Shown: piece after piece, positions 27,470-38,306 of the stretch
Numbering within the stretch: position 1 is the first letter of the stretch
Layout of the letters: each line of letters opens with the position of its first letter
NCBI RefSeq assembly: GCF_964355755.1
Contig: NC_092675.1
Span: 26,074,912 to 26,138,911 of the forward strand
DNA length: 64,000 bases
Origin: Antedon mediterranea
Taxonomy: Eukaryota; Animalia; Echinodermata
Direction of reading: 5' to 3'
Program-made: the position numbers and the translations under genes
Notes under the pieces: generated by a model
What the model saw: the letters and a program-made list of their open reading frames with translations, nothing else
Told to the model about the DNA's origin: nothing
Database searches by the model: none

Positions 27470-27720
27470 TCAAATATTGATGCGCGCGCACGTGGCGGTA
27501 TCGTCGTTTGATGATGATGAGAGGAGGAGGAGAGAGGAGGAATTCGAAGAAAAAGGCTCACCACCACCGCGTGGCATGTAGAGCGCGCAACATGCAGCTC
27601 TCAACAAGGAGAAGTGGGCTTTTTGTGGGGAACATATACAGCATCAACAAGCAATGCAAACTGATGCCTGGTTTGACAGGTGTCCGTTTTAGCCTAGTTC
27701 TATACACTACAGCCTAGGGG
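27470..27720 (+). promoter_or_regulatory. Putative promoter/5'UTR of gene D
   Basis: Local GC/CpG-rich island (GCGCGCGCACGTGGCGG, E-box CACGTG) just upstream of the putative start exon. Positional inference only. Confidence 0.45.
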
Positions 27721-27749
27721 CAATTATAATAATAATAATAAGAGAAAGA

Positions 27750-30700
27750 ATGGACCTAATAAAGGTAATATTCCTAGGCTAGGCTAGGTACCCAGCCTAG
27801 AGGCCTAGCTAGGCTAGGCCTACCTAGACTCTAGGCTAGCCTACTAGGCCTAAGCCTACGGCTATGCTAGGCATAGGCTAGTGCTAGGGCAGGACTAGCC
27901 CACTTTTCTTAGTAAGGCTAGGCCTAGTTAGAAAATCTATTGTAGGCCTAGGCTAGTAGTAGTAGTAGTAGTATTAGCCTATAGCTAGTTAGGCCTAGCC
28001 CTTATTTAGAGCTAGGCTAATACTAGCCTATGACTAGGCCTAGCTAGGCCCCTAGAGGCCTCTAGGTAGTTAGGCATTCAACTATAGGCCCTAGGCCTAC
28101 TTCTATCTAGGGACTAGGTAGGCCCTAGGCTAGAGTCTCTGTAAGAATTTTTTCTTCTAACTAAGCTCTTCTATTCTAGTAAGTTGTAGGTCTAAGCTAG
28201 ACCTAGGCTAGAATATTAGAATATCCTGTCCATAAAATTAATAATATTATTAATATTATATTATGCCTAAGGCCTAGGCCTCTAGATTTAGACAGTTGTT
28301 AATTAATTTTAATGAATTTATATGTTGTTTATAATAATAATGCTCTGCTATCCACCACCACCTTTATAGACATATACAAATTACACAGTTGTCAGTAGCA
28401 AAAATATTTTTAAATACAGAGATAAACAAGATTTACAGTAAACAACAGTCAATTAGAGCTCACTCTTAATTTGTAATTAATAAGGCTACTCTAGTAGTAG
28501 TAGTATAGACCATAGTTATCAATATTTAATATTAGGATGCCACTGCCAGCTAGGGAGTTGTTAAGACATAGGTATGAGGTTACTATGATAAAGATTATAG
28601 CCAGTGATCGTACCCTTGCACTTTGTATCAACAATTTACTATTAATGTCTTTGTATTTTTCAGAAAAATATTATTTCTATTCTAACTTTAGTTCAAATGC
28701 TTATTTCCTGTTCAGGCAAGTTTTATAACTTTTTACAATTTAGTATGGAGAGCAAAATGACCAATTGTTCAAAATAAGATGTTTTATATTTGGTCTATCT
28801 TTCATCAATACATTAAACAACGAAATCTACACAATATGGGCTGTAATCAGAATTTAAAATCATCCAGGCATGATAAGAGTTAAACTTGTGTTTATTTTTT
28901 ACAGTTAATATGAAAGTTGATTAGGTCGATTTAGTTTTAATTATTTGTAATGATGTGTCTAATTGGAATTAGCTGATAACACGCAATGAAAATATATGTA
29001 TAATAGGCTATGTGATTAGAAGATTATAGGCTACTGTATGTGATTGAAAGATGATTATAGGCTATGTGTTTGGAAGATGATTATAGGCTATGTGATTGGA
29101 AGATGATTATATAGGCTATGTGATTGGAAGATGATTATAGGCAGGGAATAATTTCGCCAGTGTAGTATAGCAAAAAGCTATACAAAACAACCTTCTTGCT
29201 ACACATTTCTACAATTGTGTAGCAAAAAATACGATAGAAAACTATGATTCTCGACTAAAAATTCAGTTTGATTTGCAATATTGCTAAACAAAATTTTAAA
29301 ATGAAATTTTTCTCTGATAGGCTATGTGATTGGAAGATGATTATAGGCTATGTGATTGGAAGATGATTATATAGGCTATGTGATTGGAAGATGATTATAT
29401 AGGCTATGTGATTGGAAGATGATTATATAGGCTATGTGATTGGAAGATGATTATAGGCTATGTGTTTGGAAGATGATTATATAGGCTATGTGATTGGAAG
29501 ATGATTATAGGCTATGTGATTGGAAGATGATTATAGGCTATAATGATTGGAAGATGATTATAGGCTATGTGATTGGAAGATGATTATAGGCTATAATGAT
29601 TGGAAGATGATTATAGGCTATGTGATTGGAAGATGATTATATAGGCTATGTGATTGGAAGATGATTGTATAGGCTATGTGTTTGGAAGATGATTATAGGC
29701 TATGTGATTGGAAGATGATTATAGGCTATGTGATTGGAAGATGATTATAGGCTATGTGATTGGAAGACGATTATATAGGCTATGTGATTGGAAGATAATT
29801 GCTATGTGTTTGGAAGATGATTATAGGCTATGTGATTGGAAGATGATTATAAGCTATGTGATTGGAAGATGATTATATAGGCTATGTGATTGGAAGATGA
29901 TTATATAGGCTATGTGATTGGAAGATGATTATAGGCTATGTGATTGAAAGATGATTATATAGGCTATGTGATTGGAAGATGATTATATAGGCTATGTGTT
30001 TGGAAGATGATTATAGGCTATGTGATTGAAAGATGATTATAGGCTATGTGATTGAAAGATGATAATAGGCTATAATGATTGGAAGATGATTATAGGCTAT
30101 GTGATTGGAAGATGATTAGGCTATGTGATTGAAAGATGATTATAGGCTATGTGATTGGAAGATGATTATAGGCTATGTGATTGGAAGATGATTATAGGCT
30201 ATGTGATTGGAAGATGATTATAGGCTATTTGATTGAAAGATGATTATAGGCTATGTGATTGGAAGATGATTATAGGCTATGTGATTGGAAGATGATTATA
30301 GGTAGCTATGTGATTGGAAGATGATTATCAAAATCATCTTGCATATTAATTTGATTGTTTTCATGCATTTTTTTTTTTCAATTTATCTTCATTTACACAT
30401 GACTATATTCCCTTTTTTCATAATTTTCTTATGCTTTTTTTCTACTTATTCTCTATGCATGATTAACATGAATTCAATATAATGTTCAAAATTTACCATA
30501 GAATCACATATTTTATTACAGTAATGTTTACTGATTTTAAATAATAAAGAGGGTTATTTTAGCAAGAAAAATGATTGATGGGATCTTATAGACTGAATTA
30601 GACTGTAATTAATTATTACATATCATTTGGAATTAACCAAGTAATTTGTATCAAAACCTAGCTAATATTTATATTTCAGGGAACAATGGATATATTACAG

Positions 30701-33700
30701 TTTTGAATTTGATACCAAAAAGCGACTTTAACAGATATTACCAATGTTACACTCCTTCTTCATTCACTGACTATAGTCTGAGTTATGGTAGATCATTTGC
30801 AGTAGTAGATGGGGAAAGTATAACTGAAACACCGTGGATCGTGCCAGATTCAAGTCGAAGATACTTTGCAATACCTAGTGTTGGTATGGGAGTGTACTAT
30901 TGTAAATTAGTGAAAGATGATGGCACCACTACAACAATTGAGACTACTAAGATAAGAGATGATGGTAAGATGTTCTGGAACCATAAATATTTTACTTTGT
31001 TAATCATAATTTGAGTAGCTTTGCTGCTCTACTGTACTAAATAGAAAATTATTCTGTAATTATTTAATACTAGTTAATGTATGATTTTTGTGAAGTACCT
31101 TTAGGCACTTTAAAGAGAACAGAAGCATTAGAAAAGAGTTACCATGTGGAAGCTTACTATAGGCTGAAAAAAATTGGAATCTGTAAACGTCTGTCAAAAC
31201 ATGGAGTTACTCCATGGTCAAATAAAAAATAGGTGTTATCAAAATGCGTACAAAAGCAACGATGATTACACTCATCAGTTCAGTGGATTCTACAACTGAC
31301 ACTAAAACAAGATGTGTTTTAATATCCAAAAATATTCCAGAAAAGAATCTGAACAGTCTAAGTCAATAAAATCCACTCTCAAACATGCACCAAATAATCG
31401 TAAATGAACACACAAATTTAGTGTTAAATAGCTGCGAATAGATTAGAGAGACACGCCCGCTATTGTTTTTATTGGTAGGCGTAACGTATAGCCGCACCTA
31501 CCATTTCTAAGCAAAAGTCCTATTCTTTTCATTAGAAAACCAATGTGCATTGTGACAGCATCTAAAAAAGCGACCATACTTTTGTAATAAATAGTAAAAA
31601 ATAACATCAACCTCAAAGGTATTTGACCCTATTTAGCCAAAAAAAAAGATTATTGAGAGTCGGGAACAGGAAGGTTGGTGGCGGGAATCTGAGCCACTTT
31701 CAAAACAAAATAACAATAAAAAAGAACATTGCGTTTTATTTTACAAATATTTTATGAAATTAATACAGACTGGAAAAGAAAGAAGTTTCTTAAAAAATGG
31801 TAATAACTGTATATTTCTTTGAGTTTTTAAAGTGGTATTTTATTATTTTCTAAACAGCTTTAATAACACCAGTTAATTCTAAAACCACTGTAACAGTGAA
31901 TGTTTGTGATGATGTCACAATTAAATTTGACACCGATATAATTAGCGGTGATTTAATGTGGAGGAAGGATGGATCTACTCCATTTAAAAGTGGAACAGAA
32001 ACAAGCACGACCTTTAACCCGGTAGAGACTACTGATGCTGGGATGTATGAGCTTTATTTAAATGGTGCTCGTTCAGATCGTAGACACTCATTTATCAAGT
32101 TGATTGTACGAGGTAAAACTTTGTTATATTGTTTAAAAAATCAAATAATGTATTGGATTTCAACTTTGTTTTAATATTTTTATGCAATTGACACTTTACT
32201 TTATCCTTATTTTCTTTGTACACACTTTCCTCAAATAGGAACTGCACAATATTCAATTTTTAAAAATGTTTATAATAAAAAGCTATTAACTTCTCCGAGG
32301 GATATTTTAAACACTCCTCTCTTAAAATTAGTTGTTACAATTTAAGAAACTCTAAATTATTATTACTTCAATGCTACATTTTGGAAGCAACTCCCTAACA
32401 CTTTATTTGCAGTAGCTTCATTGAAGAAAAGTAAGGAAAACAAAATAAAAAAAGGTATCATCCTGAATGTTTGGGTGTTAATGAAGTATATTTGCAGAAC
32501 ATGCCTATTGATTTTTTATACTAACATGCCCTCTGCATCCTAGTACTGTAGTAGTAAGCCCTGAATATAGTTTTCTTTGATATATTTGCCAAGTAGGCTT
32601 ACTCACTTTCTGAATGCTTTCCCTTTAATTATTTGTTTACTTTTTATTTTCTTGTTTTACTTTATATTTAAATTAGTAAGTGAGACAAAGTTTCCTTCTA
32701 GTCGGGTCCTTTAATTTTGTATTCATCATAATTATATCATTAATTTAAATTCATAAATGTCAACTCAATTAGTCAATCATTTTCATACATAGCGTGTCCG
32801 TGTCACAAATGGGGTCCACCTAACTGCACTGGCGATTGTGATTACTGCTATAATGGAGGTGTATGTGATGACAAAACTGGATTTTGTATCTGTGCGCCTG
32901 GATTTAATGGATCCACATGTGAAATTGGTAAGAAAAACATGTGTTTTCATAAAAACTAGTAAATGTTTTAACATTAAATTTACCAATGATACATGACTCG
33001 AGCAGCCATTTAAAAAATTGTTGTACTGTCCCCCAGAAACAAAATTCTTAACCTTTTTGTTGTTGAATATGCCATTTTAATGTCACTTTATTTTCGTTCT
33101 TTGTAATCAACTTTATTAAAACATACAAAACAACCTATTCAAAATCGGATTTAATTAATCTTCATTTTTCATGTTTTAGGGGACAATACATCTTTAAAAT
33201 AGTGTAAATCTAAATAGGCTTATACTTCATAGAATCAAATGGGTTATTGTAGACTATCTTAGACTATCAATGATGTGGTAGAAATAGGAACCAAGCATTA
33301 GTACAGTACAACAAACTGTTGTTAATTTAAATGGATGTTTATCCTTTACTGGAGTTAGAGAGTCATATCATTCCCAATGAAAGTGTTTCTTCTGCTTTTA
33401 ACCCTCCTGCGCACTCTGCTTATTATTGTGTCCTTTTGCTTGTTTTATGTTTTTTGCTGAAAAAGAGGAATTAAGTAAGAAATAATGTATTTTAACCCAC
33501 ACCTCATGTATTTACAGTATGTTTTTTTTCTCATCAGTTATTCATTTTTTATTAAATTTTATTGCTTTATTAGTTAGTTTTCACATCTTGATAGACTAAT
33601 AATAATAATAATAATAATAATAGGATATTGAAAAGGGCCATGCCTCTGAAATAATTTGGATTTAATGTCTGCCATTATTTTTAGCATGTGGTGGCAATAG

Positions 33701-36700
33701 TCATGGTTGGAATTGTGAAAATTTTTGTTCCAGACGACCAGACCTTTCTTCGTGTAAAAACGTTCTGTTTTGTTTACCTGATCCATATGGATGTACCTGT
33801 GTTACCGGTTACAAAGGAATAAAATGTGACATAGGTAAATATATAATCATGGATTTATCCATAATTAAAAAAAATGTTCTGCTTTTCTTCCTTAATATAC
33901 ATTTTAGTTACAATCAAGTATAACAATCATGTATAACAGCCAGATAGGTATCTGTTAACAATATAATATATTCTAAGGAATTATTCATTTTATCACAAAC
34001 TTTGAAGATTTGTTTTTCCTCTGGAAAAAGAAAAATCTTTTGAAATGTTGCGTTAAATAGGCCAATGGTTAATTGTTTAATAACATAATATTTCAAATCA
34101 TCATCAAACAGAATGTTCACCTGGTACATTTGGAGCAGACTGTACTCAAACATGTCATTGTCAAGAAGGTGCATGTGATCGATATACAGGAATATGTACT
34201 GAATCGGCATGTGCGTTTCCGTGGACAGGATATAACTGCCAACGTAAGATAAGATAAGATAAGATAACTTTTATTGATCCTCAAAAAGGAAATTCATTGC
34301 TCGTCATAATAACAAGAAAACACAATAAAAACAAATACAGTATAGCATAAAACCATTCATATAAAAACATAAAAAAATACAAGATAAAATTATCTTCTTG
34401 ACTTCCTGAATTCATTATAGTATAAGAAAGGTTAAAGTTTGCCAATTATTAAAATCTAATCTTTTATATTACCATTATCTGATGATAATCTTCGAAAATT
34501 TGTAAAGTAAAATCATTTATACAATATATTTTAGGTTTTTCTTTTTTTAATTGATGAAATATCTTTGTGTTGGTAACAACATAAAATTAAATGAATATAA
34601 ACTAAATATCCTTAGAACAGCATATTTTAATATTTCGTTTAGAATGCCAAACTGGTGAAGTGTGTGAAGAAAATGAATGTAAGGAACCATGCGAATATTA
34701 CAGAGAAAATGGCATATGTAAAGAATATGTTAGTAAGTTCCCTGTTAGATTTTCATCAGTAGAATCCTTACAAACGATGATAGCGATGAAGTAGCTCTTT
34801 TAAACCCAACATGTTCAGTCTTGGTCACATTTTATACTAATTTGAATTTTTAGTGTCCTGTCAGATTGCGTGTGTCTGTTTGTTTGTTAGGATTACTCAA
34901 AAAGTTATTGCAAGATCTTTACCAAAATGAAAATTCAGATAGATATGTTGCCAGGTACCACTCCATTCAATTTTAGTAGGCAATCCGAACCAGGGTCATA
35001 ATTCAGGACCTTTTTTAGTATTATTTTCGGACCTGCTGAAACTGAAAATTATTTTCTTGAGAACTACTTGTCCAAAAAACTTCATTTTTGAACAAAAGGC
35101 AAGAGTTAAAATTTGTGATCTGTAATTTTAAAACATAATTTGATTTAATGTACAGATTTTGTTATACTAGTATGTCAAAAAGTATTTAAAAAAAAAAGGA
35201 ATCTGTATTTTTTGTGTTGCTGTTCTCTTGTTAGTCAACTGAAACCTATTGTTAGTTCAAAGGATGGTTACATAACCATTACACTAACTTGTTGAGTTGA
35301 GTGTTGCAGTGAAAAAAAAAAAAATTATCCAAACCCAAACCAAAAGTTAAATAGAACCAATAAAAATTAACTAATTAATTTTTTATATATTTATATTTTG
35401 AATTGTCAGGAATTATTAATGCCACATTTGTTCCAGCAAATAACAACCAGAACACAACTGCATCATGTTCAGTAAAACATTATGGTACAAAAAACATTAC
35501 AACAATGATTATGGTGACTAACAAACATTTCACTGAAAATATTACAAAAGTGGTAGAAATAGAACAAGATGGTGAGAATATAACAACATACACATTTTCG
35601 GTGACATCAAATGTTGATTCAACTTATGAATGTGTAATTGCATACCCATGTTTTTCGGCTCGGAGACAAATATTTGCTGATATTTTTCGTAAGTAATAAA
35701 AACTATAATCAAAATTTGCGTTACTTTTAAATCATTTCAACAATTCTATCTTACTAGGGAAATATTTTTATATTTACATCACACTTGAATGTTATATTTG
35801 TTTATTTGAAGAGAATCAGTTAAATGCGCCTATTGAACTTGGGTCTGCCTTGTTAGATTACACAGTTCCAATTCAACTCATGAAAATATTGCTCTCACAT
35901 TTCCATTTTTGAGCATTGACTGTATTTATTTCATATGAGCTAAACTAATTGACTATTATTTTTACATTTTATAAACAACTTATTAGGGTTGCCTGTCTAC
36001 AATGGAAGCTTGACAGTACTCAATATATCAGGATCCTTTATCACCATTGAATGGACGGCATGGGACAGCAATACTGATTATGGAAATGGTCCAGTTGTTG
36101 GATACTTTTTATACCACAAACTGAGCAATACCAATGATTGGATGAAGAGATTATATGAGAATTCTTTATCAGGCACTGTTAATGGGTTGTGTGATAAAGA
36201 ATACACTTTTAGTGTTTCTGCTGTGAGACCTGGTGAAGGAGGTGAAGGACCAATTGGAAAAGATGGAGTCACAGTAAAACCTCATTGTGAAAGTAAGTGA
36301 GCACTGTATGTCAACTAAAGAATCACAACTGGCAATGTGTAATGTGACACATTCACATTTCTAGGCTAAGTACCACTTTATTGGACATCTGTTGCCGTTG
36401 TTCAAGGAGGTTGCAAACTTTTTAACTTTACTTACCACTTAAAACACCAGATAACCTAAAGTTGAAAATGATACAGTAGTAATGGGATATTGTGACTTTC
36501 GCCCTTTTGCCGACAATGTGAAGTATTTTTCTTTTTATTTCTTGCCAGAAATTACCAATGCCACATTTGTTCCAGCAAATAACAACCAGAACACAACTGC
36601 ATCATGTTCAGTAAAACATTATGGTACAAAAAACATTACAACAATGATTATGGTGACCAACAAACATTTCACTGAAAATATTACAAAACTGGTAGAAATA

Positions 36701-36827
36701 GAACAAGATGGTGAGAATACAACAAAGTACACATTTTCTGTGACATCAAATGTTGATTCCACATACAAATGTGTAATAGTGCATGAAGGATTTTCTGTTC
36801 AACGTGAAATTTTACCTGAAGTGTTTC
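27750..36827 (+). CDS. Gene D, leader plus ectodomain module 1 (Ig1, Ig2, EGF1-3, short EGF4, Ig3, FN3, Ig3)
   Basis: Putative start exon 27750-27764 (MDLIK) and signal exon 28664-28715 (KNIISILTLVQMLISCS, GC donor). Then 30680-30964, 31858-32112, 32793-32927, 33685-33834, 34112-34243, 34643-34732, 35410-35688, 35987-36292, 36549-36827, all phase 1-1 and open. The start exon is less certain than the rest. Confidence 0.75.
27772..28290. repeat. TAGGCCTA/CTAG-rich low-complexity tract at the start of gene D intron 1
   Basis: Dense permutations of TAGGC, GCCTA and CTAG directly after the donor at 27765. Confidence 0.85.
29003..30328 (+). repeat. Minisatellite, 26/28-bp unit AGGCTATGTGATTGGAAGATGATTAT(AT), array 1
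   Basis: Directly visible tandem array with variant units, interrupted by a MITE at 29142-29316. Confidence 0.95.
29142..29316. mobile_element. 175-bp MITE inserted in the minisatellite
   Basis: TIRs CAGGGAATAATTTC / GAAATTTTTCTCTG (2 mismatches in 14), flanked by an ATAGG 5-bp direct repeat. Confidence 0.75.
33010..33196. mobile_element. Small TTAA-flanked MITE (also in modules 2 and 3; right-end fragment at ~26979-27043)
   Basis: Inverted ends TGTACTGTCCCC / GGGGACAATACATCTTTAA, with a homologous right end upstream of gene D. Confidence 0.55.
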
Positions 36828-37132
36828 GTAAGTCAAACAAATTGTAATAATTAAAGATTGAAATATAAATCTGCATTACTTTTTTAATCTTTCCAGCTGT
36901 TATGTGTTATTAATGAAATATTTTATATTACAAAACCGAAGCATGTCATATATGGCGTAGTCTTTGACCTTCCAAGACAAACTGTAAGATTCGACAACTA
37001 GACCCTGTCTGGAATAAAACAGACAATCTTTCAACTCATGAAAATACTCTCCCCTTAACTATTTAAATTATTCTCTGCTCAACTATTAACTATTGTTGAT
37101 TATTGACATAAATACACAACATTTGTTATTAG

Positions 37133-37341
37133 GGTTACCAGTCTACGCTGGAAACTTGACGGTAGATATGAACACTTTTTGTTTTTATGGTGGCCATTTT
37201 GAAATCAAGATGGCCGCCATACCGGACGTTGGACACTTGGCACCCCCCGATATTTTGAATCTATATACATCAAAGAAACTTTGTGGAAAGTTTCATGCTT
37301 TGGTAATAAACTGCACAACTTGGCTATTTTTATGGCGTTAA
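37133..37341 (+). other. Truncated FN3 exon fused in frame to a transposon fragment (duplication junction 1; possible alternative terminal exon)
   Basis: Intact acceptor TTAG then LPVYAGNLTV. Homology to the intact exon at 54400 ends at 37164, and the frame reads on to TAA at 37339-37341. Confidence 0.7.
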
Positions 37342-37352
37342 CTGCTCTACTA
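37165..37352. mobile_element. DNA-transposon end fragment at the duplication junction (second copy 44868-45055)
   Basis: Non-genic filler with the palindromic motif GGTGGCCATTTTGAAATCAAGATGGCCGCC and a terminus CTGCTCTACTA resembling TAG-ended TIR elements. Family unassigned. Confidence 0.55.
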
Positions 37353-37957
37353 ATGTGATTGGAAGATGATTATAGGCTATGTGATTGGAAGATGATTATA
37401 GGCTATGTGATTGGAAGATGATTATATAGGCTATGTGATTGAAAGATGATTATAGGCTATGTGATTGGAAGATGATTAGAGGCTATGTGATTGGAAGATG
37501 ATTATAGGCTATGTGATTGGAAGATGATTATATAGGCTATGTGATTGGAAGATGATTATATAGGCTATGTGATTGAAAGATGATTATATAGGCTATGTGA
37601 TTGGAAGATGATTATATAGGCTATGTGTTTGGAAGATGATTATAGGCTATGTGATTGAAAGATGATTATAGGCTATGTGATTGAAAGATGATTATAGGCT
37701 ATAATGATTGGAAGATGATTATAGGCTATGTGATTGGAAGATGATTAGGCTATGTGATTGAAAGATGATTATAGGCTATGTGATTGGAAGATGATTATAG
37801 GCTATGTGATTGGAAGATGATTATAGGCTATGTGATTGGAAGATGATTATAGGCTATTTGATTGAAAGATGGTTATAGGCTATGTGATTGGAAGATGATT
37901 ATAGGCTATGTGATTGGAAGATGATTATAGGTAGCTATGTGATTGGAAGATGATTAT
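37353..37957 (+). repeat. Minisatellite array 2 (same 26/28-bp unit)
   Basis: Tandem array beginning exactly at duplication junction 1. Confidence 0.95.
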
Positions 37958-38306
37958 CAAAATCATCTTGCATATTAATTTGATTGTTTTCATGCATTTT
38001 TTTTTCAATTTATCTTCATTTACACATGACTATATTCCCTTTTTTCATTATTTTCTTATGCTTTTTTTCTACTTATTCTCTATGCATGATTAACATGAAT
38101 TCAATATAATGTTCAAAATTTACCATAGAATCACATATTTTATTACAGTAATGTTTACTGATTTTAAATAATAAAGAGGGTTATTTTAGCAAGAAAAATG
38201 ATTGATGGGATCTTATAGACTGAATTAGACTGTAATTAATTATTACATATCATTTGGAATTAACCAAGTAATTTGTATCAAAACCTAGCTAATATTTATA
38301 TTTCAG

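Noticed and set aside
27508-27717. 69-aa ORF in the GC-rich region
   Set aside because: Non-ATG track start, low complexity and no recognisable domain; better explained as promoter/5'UTR of gene D.
29003-30328. 26-28-bp repeats resembling a CRISPR array
   Set aside because: Units are directly adjacent with no unique spacers and no cas genes, in a eukaryotic intron; this is a minisatellite.
34244-34300. (TAAGA)n run at the EGF3 donor, possibly the tail of an antisense retroelement
   Set aside because: Too short, with no TSD or coding remnant identifiable.
37160-37170. Cryptic donor ACG|GTAGAT rescuing the truncated FN3 exon
   Set aside because: It would end in phase 0 while the next Ig1 exon needs phase 1, causing a frameshift.
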